The notes: a model not told the origin generated them from the letters alone. DNA of 63,859 nt, filler included, from Chiloscyllium plagiosum (GCF_004010195.1; 3 parts of one record of this genome joined end to end with filler, not necessarily neighbours in it); one strand, 5' to 3'; positions 1-13,700 are shown, numbered from the whole stretch's first letter. A program made the numbers and translations.

Positions 1-122
1 CTCTCCACCCTTCAGGCTCTCTGCCTTTTATTCCTGATGAAGGGCTTTTGCCCGAAATGTCGATTTTACTGCTCCTCGGCTGCTGCCTGAACTGCTGTGC
101 TTTTCCAGTCCCACTCTAATCT
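1..122 (+). mobile_element. Penelope-like element pseudo-LTR fragment with hammerhead core
   Basis: Same family as 58188-58384 and 41024-41166. CTGATGA-AGGGC-TTTT-GCCC-GAAA at 34-57. Confidence 0.8.
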
Positions 123-1221
123 CGACCCCCCATGTATAGTTCTCCCGCACTACTTCTTTTGACCCCTCACTCGAGCAACAAGAGGAGATGTGAGTGGAAG
201 ATGCAGGCAGGGAAGCCGAGAATTTGAGACAGTTTCGCCGAGTGAGGGAGAGTTCTGTGGAGTGAGAGTGTGTGTTGGGAATGGGGCTCACTTATGGGCT
301 GGAAAGGGGAATAGGTTGCTTTGAAATCATGCTGCTAATGTCAGCATCAATGTGCAACCACACAAAAGTAACTTTCCAAACACTAAGTGCACATACAGGC
401 TCTATTGCAACAAAAATGCTAAAACAATGCTGAAAGAGGCATTTCAGTATAGAAACTTACCATCGTCAGTGGAATTCTTTTGAAGTGTACTCATTGTTGT
501 AAGAGAGGGAAAAGATAGGGAATATCACATGAATCAGGATGAGAGTTTGGGATTTAGGAGCTTGGACATTAAAATCCTTTATGATTGGTGGAGGAAGGCA
601 GAGAATTCTACTGTTTTAAGGTCCTGAAAAACATTGTTTTTTTGGAGAAGCGATTCAATTAATTTAAATTTCAACATCATGGGAAGCAGAAAGGGGGAAC
701 AGCAAGGACAACAACATATGAAATGCTTAGCTGGAGCAAGGAAGAAACGTTTTGAAGAATTATGCATTTCTCTGCATCTCGTGATTACTAATGGAATTCA
801 AGTTCAAGTATTACTTCATGACTTAGTACAGTTGAAAAATCACAATGTGGCTAATGGTTGGATTCTAGTTGATGAGCAACATTTAGGAGAGCTGTGGTTC
901 TTAACATTTCTGAAGAAGGCGATAATCTTCAGAAGTTCAGATATTTCAAGACATACCCACTTATTAGACTGAGGCACTCCCTGCATGTGCCATAACAGTT
1001 TGAACTCGCATCGAGCTGGTTGATGGGATGCTAGAATTGGAAGCTTTGTAAACAGAAGTCCAGCCCAAAAGTTAATGTCACTTGCTAAGAATGAGGAGCA
1101 AAACTATACGTTAGATCCTCAAATGCTGCTAATTAAAAGGCCTCACCATAAGTTGAAGCTGAGATGGTTTTCAGTGACTCCCCCTTCGACTGAGTTGTTG
1201 GGAATTTTGTGCTGAATTCAT

Positions 1222-1870
1222 CGAGTCATAATGCACAGAAACAGACCCTTTGGTCCAACTCATCCATGTTGACTAAATTTCCCAAACTAAAATAAACCCA
1301 CTTGCCTACATTTAGCCCATATCCCTCTAAACCGCTCCTATTTCTGTATCTGTGTAAATGTCACATATGCACCACCTTCTGTGGGAAGATGTTGCCCCTC
1401 AGATTTCTTTTCAATCTTCCTCTTCTCACCTTAAAAATATGGCCCCTAGCTTTTGAACTCCTTCATGCTAGAGAAAAGACCTTTGCTTTTCACCTTATGT
1501 ATTCCCTCATAATTTTATAAGCCTCTGTAAAGTCATCCCTCAACCTTTTATGGCCCAGTGATAAAAGTCCCAATCTATCCAGGCTTTCCTTATAAGTCAA
1601 ACCCACCAGGCCCAGCAATGCCCAGGTAAATCTGTGCTGAATCTTCTCCAAATTAATAATATCCTTCCTATTAGCAGAATGACTAGAAATGTATACAGTA
1701 CGCCAAAACAATGGCCTCACCAAGGTCCTGTACAACCTCAACATGACATCCCAACTCCTCCACAATGGTCTGAACAATGAGGGTAAACATGTTAAACACC
1801 TTCTTAACCACCCTGACCAACTGAGACGCAACTTTCAAAGGACTATGTACCTGACCAGCTAGGTCTCTCT
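1222..1870 (-). mobile_element. CR1 LINE 3' fragment
   Basis: ORF 1490..1831 (LRLYRTLVRP..LDRLGLLSLGHKRLRDD) resembles the CR1 ORF2 C-terminus. Confidence 0.85.
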
Positions 1871-3594
1871 GGTTTTCTGATAGTTTAGGAATATAGCCAA
1901 GAAGGAGAGATGGTGAGCTTTGTCAGGTGTAACGAAACTTGTGCCATTGCCACCTAATCTGCAACCTGACTAGGAAATAGAATCGAATAGAGAAGGCAAA
2001 GAGGGGATGATCCCCAAACAGGGAAGGATGAAGGATCGGAGGCAAAGAGGGAGATTTCCAGCACCTTATGTAACTGCTCAGACAATGCACTGTGGTCTTC
2101 CACTTCCAAATCAACCAATTTCCCTAACCCAACCTGGGCACACAGAATTACCATCCTCTCTTCACTCAACAGCACAGCAACAACCAGCAATTAAAACCAT
2201 CAAAAATTACTTCACAAAACACAACACTGTATCTTATGATACATGTAGCAACATCAGTCACACATGTGCATTCCCTTAGTGCTTGTCTTGTTGCTCGTGC
2301 ACCAGTGCTTTACCAGTGGCTGTAGCACAGTTGTTGGAAGGCTGCTGACTCTCACCGGGGGAGACTATAGATGACCTGGCAGCACTTACTCGAGCAGCAG
2401 TGATGGCAGCAGGAATACTGTCCCTCTGAGAGAGAGAGAGAGAGGGCGACAGGTTTGAGCTCTATGCTACCATTGACACTCCCCATCCCCTGGGCTGTGA
2501 CCTCTAAAATTTGTGTCGTTGTCTTCTGCACAGGTTACTGGACTGCTGTCAGAGCCTGTGTGCCCCTCTGTGCAACCCAGATAGTCACCCTCTGAACCAG
2601 TGTTATCTCCTCCTGCTATCTGTCTGAACTGGCATGGGAGTTCAGAGAATCTTGTTGAGAGAATCTTGCCAGTGCTGCAGTGGAAACCAGGATAATATTA
2701 ACAACTGGTCCATCTTGGTACTGCCGTGGAGTTGACCATCATTGCCGCGTTGGAAAGGATAGGCTCCAGACTCAGTGCTGCCCTCTCTGGCAGATTGAAG
2801 CTGGACCTCTCCATCCTACTGGATCATTACTGGAAGGCTCCCAATGTGTCCAGAAACCTCGTGTCCATTGTTATCACTGATGAATGGCACATAAGAAAAT
2901 AAAGTCGTCATTTGAATCCCCTGCTGCAAAACTGAATGCGACCTTGATTTTTGGTAAGCTATACCAGTTGAGCTACTCAATTTCCCTCTTGACCTGAATC
3001 CCACCCACTCATCATGTGTCTGAGCTGGTCACTACAACTGTGTAGCCAAGTGACCGAGCTCTTCACCATCACTTCCATTGGGTAACTCTTCAGACCCTGT
3101 CCGGGTAGAAATTCTTTTGGTGTTTGAAATGAGCTGGTGGGGAGGTTGAAGGGTGAGGTGGGAGGCAACTAGGCGATCTATGGCCATGTCATCTTCACCA
3201 CCCCTACCCCACCCTTCACTGGTCGTCTGCCTCTCCCTGGAGTCATGGATAAAGCTTCTCTAACAGGAGATAGACTGTCAGTTATTTATTAGGGCTGTGC
3301 TTTCATGATGGGTGCGCCGGAGTATGTGAACAGCATTATTTTTTTGTGTCGGCATGCATTTTCTGAGTGAAGACTGAGATTGTGGTGCACTGAGCTGAAT
3401 GGGACTACTGTTGGGATAGTGGGGAGTATATCTCCTCCTGAGGATGCATTGACATAGAGTGACAACTTATTGTCATTTTCCGTACATTCCTGCCACATCT
3501 ATAGGGCTGTCCTTCGTGGGTTAACCTTCCGACTGATGCACTCCTCCTCTCCCACCCAGGGATACTTTGCCTCTGTTCTGGAGTCCACCTCAGT

Positions 3595-3785
3595 GACCAA
3601 AAACAGAAATTGCTAGAAAAACTCAGCAGGTCTGGCAGCATCTGTGGAGAGATAAAAAGCAGAGTTGGCATTTCAGGTCCAGTGACCCTTCTTCAGAGTG
3701 TTAACTCTGCTTTCTCTCCACAGACCATGTGCCGTTTTATTTCCAACAGTTTCTGTTTCTGATTTCCAGCAGCTGCATTTCTTTG
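3595..3785. mobile_element. Old Penelope-derived fold-back fragment
   Basis: AAAACAGAAATTGCT...AGCAGAGTT arm mirrored by AACTCTGCTTTCTCTCCACAGA. The minus strand carries CTGAAGA-AGGGTC-ACTG-GACCT-GAAA. Confidence 0.55.
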
Positions 3786-4879
3786 GATTTTTTTTTTGTT
3801 CAGTGACCAGTGTGTCCACTATAATATCACAGAAGGCCTTTCCTTTGGCTGCTGAGATATCTGTCAAGTGCTTAATAATACCAGCTATAATTCCAGCTGT
3901 CCAGTTTCCCTTTAAATAGACGAGTCTTCAAGAAGAGCAGGCTGCTTATATATGTGATCACATTAGTGCAGGCTGCATGCTCTAATCATACAACTCGATC
4001 GCTGGTGTAAAATTTGTTTGCTACTCACAAAGGAAGGGATGGGCATTGACATTGAGATTCATTATTGGACCTTTATAAGTTTCACAGCCTGGGTCATTTT
4101 TGTTCATATTGTGCTCCAAAATGCTACGGTTTTCCATTAAGTAATCCCCTCACTGGTCACAAGTATGTAGGTAATACAGAGAACTGTTATTCAGAAATGT
4201 TTGAATACATCAGGTTACACTGAGTTTCAGTAAACTTTGGAGGTCATTTCACATGAAAGAGATGCACTCCAAGTATGACCAGGAGTCCCTCAGCTGTATG
4301 GAGAGCAGTCCAACAGCACATGAGCAACTTGGCACAGGCTGCTAACAGTCAATAGAGGTGGCAGGAGAGGGAGAGTGAAATAAACACTGTGGCCCGCCTA
4401 TTTTTGATTTAAACAAACATGTCACAAATCGTAAACCCCACCCTCCAAAATCAAGGCAGATTCTATCCCATTCAGTCGCCAAACAAATCTGCTTTGAACT
4501 CTTGTCTGATTACAATATCCAGGAGAGTGGAACAAGTTACCAGGTAAAGATTTGGTTATGCCTGCTTGAGGCATGATTCCATGTAGATGTAGCAGAATTC
4601 CGTACAGGCACTGAAGTAGAAGTGGCCATAAGTGAAACGGTGGTTAAAAAGACGTACTTCTCTCTCACAATGACAAGCAAAGGGACTTCTTTTTCAATGC
4701 TCCTTTTGATACTCAATCTATACTTATTCCAAGTGTGGAAGTAGAGATACTAAAATCACAGGAATAACATTTGTGAAAGGCAACAGAAAGTTAGAGAATT
4801 TCATGGAGGAAGCCTGTTAGACCGAGAACCACATAATCTTTTAACCGTATTTAAGTAACTGGATATGTGGGTGTTACTG

Positions 4880-5370
4880 AAGGGGTAGACGCTGCCTTTA
4901 AAAAGAGTGCAGAAAAATTCCCAGGATAAATTTCAGGGAGGAGAAATTGGAGAAGCTGATACTCTTATCCCTGGAGAGGAGAAGACCAAAAGGGGATTTG
5001 ATGGAGGATTTCAAAACCACGCAGGGGTTGGGCATGTTTGTTTGGGAGAAAACGTTCCCTTGTGTGGAATGATTGAGAATGAGAGGGCACAGACTTCAAG
5101 CAGTCGGCAAAAGTTGGCATATCAAAAGGAGAAGAAACTTTCCACACAATGAATGGTTAAGATTTAGAATGCACTGTTTAACATTCTGATGGAGACAGGT
5201 TCAATTGAGGCATCCGAGACGGAATTGGACGATGATCTGAAAAGGAAGAGATTGTGGTGACATGGGACAGTGTCACTGAGTAAATCCCTCATTCAGAGAA
5301 CTTGCACAGACATGACAGGCTAAGTGGCCTCCTTCTTTATTGTGTAATGATGCTTTGATTCTGTGAATAC
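4880..5370 (+). mobile_element. Old CR1-like LINE 3' fragment
   Basis: Degenerate KLxLxSLExRRxRGDL-like coding trace followed by a 3' tail. Confidence 0.55.
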
Positions 5371-6620
5371 TGACTGATGTGCTAACTTCTTTTGTAAGGG
5401 ACTCTTGCACAGTGTCCCTTCCATGTGAAATGACCTCCAACGTTTACCGAAACTCAGTGTAACCTAATATATTCAAACATTTCTGAATAACAGTTCTCTG
5501 TATTACCTGCATACTTGTGACCAGTGAGGGGATTACTTAATGGAAAACCATAGCATTTTGGAGCACAATATGAACAAAAATGTCCCAGGTTGTTAAACTT
5601 ATTAAGGTCCAATAATGGATGCAGGAATCTCAATGTTAAGTCGATGCCCATCCCTTCTGATGTAGGTAGCAAGCAAATTTTATGCTGGCCATTGAGCATG
5701 CAGCCTGCTCTATTGTGCAAAGATCCTTTGATAGCCTCGCAGCAGTCTAGTAATGTGGTCCTATATGTATTTCTGGGGCCACCAAAGTACTGACCAGGAG
5801 ATGTTCAGTAGGAGAGATGGCCTGGGATATTTTTCTATTATGCTGTAAAACCTTGAAGCTTTCCTCTCGATAGCTTGTTCTGTTAACCACTGGTGCTTGC
5901 TTTCACCTGCCAGCTCACCAGCTTAGACTGCTACTGTCCATGCTGAGGTGGTGGAGTCCAAGCCTAATGTCCTGGGACCAGAACTTTGCAACGTCATGCT
6001 GTGAGACCATCTGCAGTGTCCTGTGCTGCAAGCTTACAGCCTTCCACCAGCCGCGCTGCACCTCCTGGCACTAGTATTTAGCCAAGGAAGGTTACCCACA
6101 GAATCGGCACACAAAGATTGCACAAGGGTGCCCCCTCCTGTTGGAATGCATGTTGAATGGTGGATGATTAAAAACACAGTGTCAGCAACTGAATATGGCA
6201 CTGCCAGAGTTAAATCAGTATCACATGCTGACTCAGGACCTACCTACCCTGCGTACATTTTGGTGTACACTCATGGTGCCTTTACCAATCTACCAAAATG
6301 GCATCCATTGCAGCCTACATCAGATGCATGTCCAATGGACGCCATTTTGTATCAGCTGCAAGCAAATTTTGCAGCCTTAAAGTTTTACAATGGAGCATCA
6401 GCGAAGGACCTCATCCTCAGTTCCACGGTCTTAAAAACAAATAGAATTTTCTTCAGGTTCTCTTCTATATTTTTGTCAGCCAGTGAAGCTTGGCAGCTTT
6501 CTTCTCACACTGTGGGTCGATTTGATCTGAGAAGTTCAGAGGGCAGTTAGAATTTCTTTATGTGCAGTTCAGATCTTGATAATTTAGACCGTGTTACTTA
6601 AAATCAAGAAAGAATTCATT

Positions 6621-6770
6621 CAAAGTTTGTGCGAAGATTTGTAGCTCGGGTGCTCGTTGCTGTGGTTCTGTTCGCCGAGCTGGAAGTTTTTGTTGCAAAC
6701 GTTTCGTCCCCTGGCTAGGGGACGAAACGTTTGCAACAAAAACTTCCAGCTCGGCAAACAGAACCACAGC
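6621..6770. mobile_element. Penelope-derived fold-back mini-element with 12-bp TSD
   Basis: 56-bp inverted arms (6657-6712 / 6717-6772, 1 mismatch, loop GGCT). Flanking direct repeat AAAGAATTCATT at 6609-6620 and 6771-6782. Confidence 0.8.
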
Positions 6771-6927
6771 AAAGAATTCATTAAAATACTCAAATTATGG
6801 GCAACCTTAAATTCAGATTAAGAGGGCTGCTAAATCAAAACAACGTCCCGGATTTTTCATTCCTGGATCGGGAGTGCAGTATCAGGATATCTCCCGGTTG
6901 TGTCAATACAACCTGAGGAAAATGTGG

Positions 6928-7217
6928 CTCACCAGGTTGGACTTTCACTCCGGGCTCCCTGGGAAGTGGTCCAGATGACCCCAAATGATTATGGAAGGTA
7001 CTAGAGGTGGAGGTAAATTGTGCAGAAGGCTTGTCTCAGTGGACTGGCACTCTGTAGTTACTTAAATGAACACTCACCAGGTTGGACTTTCACTCCGGGC
7101 TCCCTGGGAAGTGGTCCAGATGACCCCAAATGATTATGGAAGGTACTAGAGGTGGAGGTAAGTTGTGCAGAAGGCTTGTCTCAGTGGACTGGCACTCTGA
7201 AGTTACTTAAATGAACA
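6928..7217. repeat. 145-bp tandem duplication (2 copies)
   Basis: 6928-7072 versus 7073-7217, two substitutions. Confidence 0.95.
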
Positions 7218-7439
7218 ACAAAAACATGCAACAGCCCTCAACCCCAACACACTCTCCACGAACTCTCCATTTGCAAACCATGCCACCTCAATGCCACCCC
7301 AATCCCTCCGTGCCTCCTCATGCCTGCTACACCAATCAATCTCATCCTCCTTTTCCTTTTATAGTCCCTGTGCTAACATAGTGCCAACTCATGCCCTCTT
7401 ACCCACCATCTTTGGCCCTTACACCTTTCATGCAAACTC

Positions 7440-8742
7440 AAGGATATGGAAGATATAGACTGTAGGGAAATAGACATCTTGCAAAATGTCCAGATGACAG
7501 AGGAGGAAGTGCTGGATGTCTTGAAACGCATAAAGGTGGATAAATCCCCAGGACCTGATCAGGTGTACCCTAGAACTCTGACTGCCTCTTTACCTAAATT
7601 GATTCCATTGAGGTAGTAGTCTGCCTTCCTGTTCTTGCTACCAAAGTGGATAACCATACATTTATCCACATTAAACTGCATCTGCCATGCATCTGCCCAC
7701 TCACCTAACTTGTCCAGGTCACCCTGTAATCTCCTAACATCCTCATCACATTTCACCCTGCCACCCAGCTTAGTATCATCAGCAAATTTGCTAATGTTAT
7801 TACTAATACCATCTTCTATATCATTAACATATATTGTAAAAAGCTGCGGTCCCAGTACTGATCCCTGTGGTACCCCACTGGTCACTGCCTGCCATTCCGA
7901 AATGGAGCCATTTATCACTCTTTGTTTCCTATCAGCCAACCAACTTTCAATCCAAGTTAGTACTTTGCCCTCAATACCACGCGCCCTAATTTTGCTCATT
8001 TAATTGTAAGGTCCAGGAGAGTGTTGCTGAACAATGAGATCTTGGAGTGAAGGTTCATAGTTCCTTGAAAGCGGAGTATCAGATGGATAGGATAGTGAGG
8101 AAGCAATTTAGAATGCTTTTCTTTATTGGTCAGAGTATTGAGTACAGGAGTTGGGAGGTCATGTTGCGGCTGTACAGGAGATTGGTTAAGCCACTGTTGG
8201 AAAATTGCTTGCAATTCTGGTCTCCTTCCTATCGGAAAGATGTTGTGAAACTTGAAAGGGTTCAGAAAAGATTTACAAGGATGTTGCCAGTGTTGGAGGT
8301 TCTGAGCTACAGGGAGAGGCTGAACAGGCTGGGGCTGTTTTCCCTGGAGCGTCGGAGGCTGAGGGGTGACCTTATAGAGGTTTACAAAATTATGAAGAGA
8401 ATGGATAGGATAAATAGTCAAAGTCTTTTTCCTGCGGTCGGGGAGTCGAGAACTAGAGGGCATAGGTTTAGGGTGAGAGGGGAAAGATATAAAAGAGACC
8501 TAAGGGGCTATTTTTTCATGCAGAGGGTGGTACGTGTATGGAATGAGCTGCCAGAGGAAGTGGTGGAAGCTGGTACAATTGCAACATTTAAGAGGCATTT
8601 GGATGGGTATATGAATAGGAAGGGTTTGGAGGGATATGGGCTGGGTGCTGGCAGGTCGGACTAGATTGGGTTGGGATATCTGGTCGGCATGGAGGGTTGG
8701 ACAGAAGGGTCTGTTTCCATGCTGTACATCTCTATGACTCTA
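7440..8742 (+). mobile_element. Composite CR1 LINE: plus-strand 5' piece, inverted internal RT piece (7581-7998, minus), plus-strand 3' end
   Basis: ORF 7559..7999 (SGVPQGSVLGP..FADDTK) on minus, ORF 8047..8664 on plus, CTCTATGACTCT tail. Confidence 0.9.
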
Positions 8743-9622
8743 TTACCTGGTGCCCAGTACGCACAAACATCAGGACCCCAGTTTTATATGTCTGTTTCAG
8801 TCTTCGCTATATTGCAAATAAAAAAGACGTCTTTATGAAAACATGTTTACTACATTTACATTTCTTCAACTAGACAACATTTTATAACAATAAATATTTC
8901 ATTAAAGTGCAATTTCTTTTTAATAAAACCATTGGAATTCATTATCCTACATTAAAAATCAATGATCAGTGGTAGCTGCCGATCAAACTGAGAAGCAGCA
9001 GGCACTTTACTGTGATAATAAATATATGCGAAATCAGTCGTGCACTACTAATTCAGGAATGGAAACTGTCCCAGGATGAGATCCAAAGGCATCACTAGTC
9101 TCTCCAAAAGCATACAATGGCAATCCTGATGAATATGTGCCGTTAAGATGTCCGCTTACCAGGTCTAAAGTACTCATTTCAGGTTTCACACTCCAAAGTT
9201 ACCAACGTTCCACTGAAGTGGAAGTAGCTAATAATTTGCATTTCCAACTGCCTCTGCCACAATGCGCAAAACATTTCTTGCATCCAAAACATTCAGAAGT
9301 GTCATGGTCGGGGCAGGAGTTAACTTTTTTTTTCCCATTTCCTCCATTTTTGTGATGGAGAAGTTCTCTTCTTTACTTAAAATCTGGAACAAATCAGCAA
9401 TATCAGATTCTTTATTATATGACATTGAGAAATGGTTGTGTAAAATGATAGTCCTGCTGAACATGACACTTTCAATGTTCGTGTTCACAAGGAATATTCT
9501 GTACATCATTATTTGCATTTCTATAATTATTTGATAGTCATGACAGGACATTTTTAAAATTTTTGTGCACAGCAAACTACCAAGTGATATTGCGAACAAC
9601 AGTTTTCTAAATTGGTTACCAT

Positions 9623-9968
9623 TGGCACCCTAGCACAGTGGTTCATCTCTCCTGCATCACAGCGCCAGGGACATTGGTTCAATTCCAGCCTTGGGCGACC
9701 ATCTGTGTGGTGTTTGCACGTTCTTCATGTGTCTGCGCGGCATTCTTCCGGGTACTCCAGTTTCCTCCCACAGTCCAAAGATGTGCAGGTTATGTGGATT
9801 GGCCGTGCTAAATTGTCCCATAATGTCCAGGGATGTGCAGGTTGGGTGGGTTAGCCATGGGAAATATGGGGGGTAGAGGCCTGGGTCTGCATGGGACGTT
9901 CTTCAGAGGGTCGGTGCGGTTTCAATCAGCCGAATGGCATTTTTTTGTACTTTAGAGATTCTATGATT
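9623..9968 (+). mobile_element. tRNA-derived HE1/V-SINE-like SINE
   Basis: A/B-box-like head (GGTTCAATTCC), V-core-like central domain, CR1-like tail. Similar to 36557-36873. Confidence 0.75.
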
Positions 9969-10437
9969 CTCTGAACTACCTTCAAAAGAATTCCTTGAAT
10001 CGCAGCTCCTAAGGTAGGTCTCCACTGATTTAAAATCAAGTGTATTTGATTGAAATATAGCAACATGAGTCAGCGATTCAGCCTCTTGAGCTTGTTTTGG
10101 CATTCAATCAGGTCATACCTACTCTATATTTAACTAGTTCTTTACATTATTGAGCATCCATTGGCAGCTCACTGCAAAATAAAAGTGTCATTGTTCCTAT
10201 AAGTATTTTCAACATAATTTTATTCATCAAAAGTTTTGATTATGAAATGAATCCAAGCGTTGGCACAGCCCCATTAATTATGCTTTATATCATTATAATG
10301 CTGTCATATTTAAAGTAACATTTTGCAATGATGAATTTTTGGTAAGCCCATTAATTAGCAAAAATCATAATAAAAGTCATGGACCAGTCACAAGCAGTTG
10401 GGAGGAAGACAAACTACCTTGACTTTGCTACATTTTA

Positions 10438-10619
10438 GCTGAAAAATGTGTTGCTGGAAAAGCGCAGCAGGTCAGGCAGCATCCAAGGAGCAGAAGAAGG
10501 GCTTATGCCCGAAACGTCGATTCTCCTGCTCCTTGGATGCTGCCTGACCTGCTGCACTTTTCCAGCAACACATTTTTCAGCTCTGATTTCCAGCATCTGC
10601 AGCCCTCACTTTCTCCTAG
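10438..10619. mobile_element. Penelope-derived fold-back mini-element with 14-bp TSD
   Basis: Inverted arms plus an unpaired tail. TTTGCTACATTTTA at 10424-10437 and 10620-10633. Confidence 0.85.
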
Positions 10620-12199
10620 TTTGCTACATTTTATGCAAATACTCATTATCTCAGGGATTTGACTGTATTTTCTGGATCATGTCCATGACTATGATACTGC
10701 AGTGGACCTTGGTAATGTTTTGTGCTGTGGATTTTGCATTCAGGGCCTGGTGGGAAAGGCCAAATATATATAAACTTGGTTGGTTTGCATTTTTTTTAGG
10801 GGGGCAAGTTGTAAGATGCATGGTAGCTTCTTGGAAAAATGACAGCACTTGTGGAGTTGAATTGCTTGATGCTGATTGTCACATTTTACACCGTTGAATA
10901 TCATAGAGGCAGGTCCTGTCAGAGAGGGAGCTGGAAATAGAAAATGTATACCAATTCCAAGTACTTATTGGACAGAACCATTAAACCCAATAGTTTATTT
11001 TTACTGGATTGCATATTGTGGATTGTTTGTAAGAGGATGTTTGCTTTCCTTAACTGAGATTGGACTGAATGTGGGAGGGATAGAATTCATCACTGGGTTG
11101 AGGTAGATTCATAATATAAAGTGGATACAGAGCATCATGCTAGCACAGAAAAGTCTTTTGAGAATGGAAGTTATGTGGGTGATGATAATCACGGGAATTG
11201 TGACCTCCAAGGCAATGAGGAAAGTATCAACTCAGTCATTGTGAAATCTAAGAACTATGTTAAGAACTCATTATCTATCTTTTGGAATTGATCAGGAAGA
11301 GACAGTTGTTGGTCATTTGTTCTTAGGATGCTATTGGAACTGAAATCCATTTTTTGCTTCAGCAGCTTAAGACCTATCCTTTGACCAAGATGTCAGGGTC
11401 AGTCGACTGATATTTCGTAATGTGGCTTGGTGTCACATTTTGGTTCACAGTGCTCTGCAAAGTGCCTTGGGACCTTTTAATTAGGTTAAAGGAGCTAGGT
11501 AAATACAAGTAGTTGCTGTTGTGACCCCCAGACATTGAATCTATCCAAAAGGAAGATTGATACAGAGAGCTTTTTTTTGGGAGTTTCTTAACTATTTTGT
11601 GGGTCATAAATTCTGTGGACGTTTATCTGTGATTAGACCTTGCAGCTCTACTGAACAACATTAGCCAACTAAGTACTTCTCAGGAACTAATGAATGTCAG
11701 TGGCTTTTTGTTTTGAGCTATTGTGTTTCATAGGAGTACATTTTATCACATTTTGTGTTATTGCAGTCTAGCACATTATCACAATATTACCACATCAAAC
11801 CTGTTCCATTTCCTTTCTCTGAATTGAATTACTTAAATGGGATCTAGCATCTTGTGCCACTAAATGTGAGAATTTAGAAAAAAATCAACATTCATTCTTT
11901 GCTGTGAACTTGAAACAAAGCTAGAATATATACCTCAAATGAATGTTTTGTTTCAGTGCGGTGAATTAAAAGATATTAGATATATTTTTTATAGATAGTT
12001 ATTGATTCAACTTATTATGAAAATGAAGGACTGTGATCCTAATGAATCGTATCAGAAGGTGTCTATATTTAGTAGCCAAAAAAACAAGGACATGGCTCTT
12101 TACAATAATCACACATGTTCCACAAAATAGTCTTTCCTTTCTTATAAAAGTATGAAAAACAGTTGCTGAAAGAATTGGGTTTTTTTTGTCTGTTGAAAC

Positions 12200-13700
12200 A
12201 TTTGCAATTAACAGAGCCTTTGGCTCAAATTCAGCAGCTTTGGATTATCCAAAGTGAGGCAGCATGTTCCTAACCTTTCAAAACAGCATTAAAGCACAAT
12301 TAATGCCCATCTTTGCTATGACATAATGTGCCCAAGGCATTCACAGAGCATTGACTGATGCCACACAGATTGAGAAAGTTTGGGGCAGATGACCAAAAGC
12401 TGGATCATGAAGGTATGTTTGAGGAAAATCTTAGAAGAAAGGAAGGCTGAGACATTCATGGGAAGGAATTCTAGAGCAGAGACTCTAAGGAGTTGAAGGC
12501 ACATTTGGTAAAGCATGTAAAATTTGGATTGCCTAACAGTCCCAAATAACCTCATTGCAGACATCTCATTGCATTGTGAGGCTATAAAATACAAATATAA
12601 AGGAGCCATGAGTCCATGAAGAGATTTTGAACAAAGTTGAGAGTGTTCAAATTGAGTCTATGCTTAACTGAAAACTGTTGTAGGTCAGCAATCACAGTGC
12701 TGATGGTTATACAGCATTAGGTGCAAGTAGGAGTGTGGGCAGCATAATTTTGGAGTCCTCCAGTTGATGGTGGGTGAGGCTAAAATCTGACAGCGATGGT
12801 CCCAGTTTTCATTGCACAGTGTTTGTAACAGGAGACGAAGAACACGGATTATTTGGAGAAAATCTTGATTCTTCAAGTAGTGGATGTCAGACCATCGTGC
12901 TGATAATTTAGAGACTGTGAAACAGTCAAGAGACATGGTAATAAGGTAGAGTTATGAGTCATCAGCATACGTGTAATAAATGAGCTTTCAAATGACGTTG
13001 CCATGAACAGCATGCTGATGAGACGTAGAAAGCGGCCAAGGATAGTTCCCTGGATGACAGCAGAGCTAATTGTGGGGGATTGGGAAGAGAAGCCAATGTA
13101 GACGATTCTCTAGCTATGATTAGATGGTGGGAATGCAGTTCCACCCAGCGAGATGGTAACAATGAAGCATCAGAGGAGGTTGATAGCATCACCTGTAGAC
13201 AGGTTGAAAAAGATAAGGATGTCAATTGTGACTTTGATAAAAGCAGCTCTGGTACTGTGGCAGGAACAGGAACCTGAGTAGCGGCATTCAAACATGGATT
13301 TCTGGGAAAGGCAGAACAGGTTTGGGAGACTCCGAAATTGGAAAGGACAGAGAGGCTAGAGCGGACACATTCTATTTTACAAGGATAGGAGCGGTCAAGG
13401 ATTTTGAGGAAATGAATGGTAAGAACAGGTTTGAAGTCAAGACATGAACAGTACCTTAATACAAGCAATCACTGTTAACAATGTCAGCTGATGTTGAAGT
13501 CAGAAAGAGAAATCGAGTGATCAGCAGTTGGTGAGAATAGAGTTGAGGCACCACACAGTCATTCTCCTAGATAAACTGAGCTTAGAGAGGACATGAGGAG
13601 ACAGAAGGTGAGAAACTAGAAATTATGTGATTTCAGGGCTACGGCAGGGAGGAAATCTTGAGGAAAAATTTTGGCAATTCGGAGAAAACTCAGCAGTTTG
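12200..13700 (-). mobile_element. Highly decayed non-LTR retrotransposon (L2-like)
   Basis: Purine-rich plus strand typical of antisense L2 remnants; no intact ORF. Confidence 0.4.

Noticed and set aside
6023..6550. 175-aa ORF
   Set aside because: Non-ATG start, no recognisable domain or exon boundaries, lies in decayed repeat-like sequence.
9228..9599. 123-aa minus-strand ORF
   Set aside because: AT-rich, no recognisable homology, no supporting splice structure.
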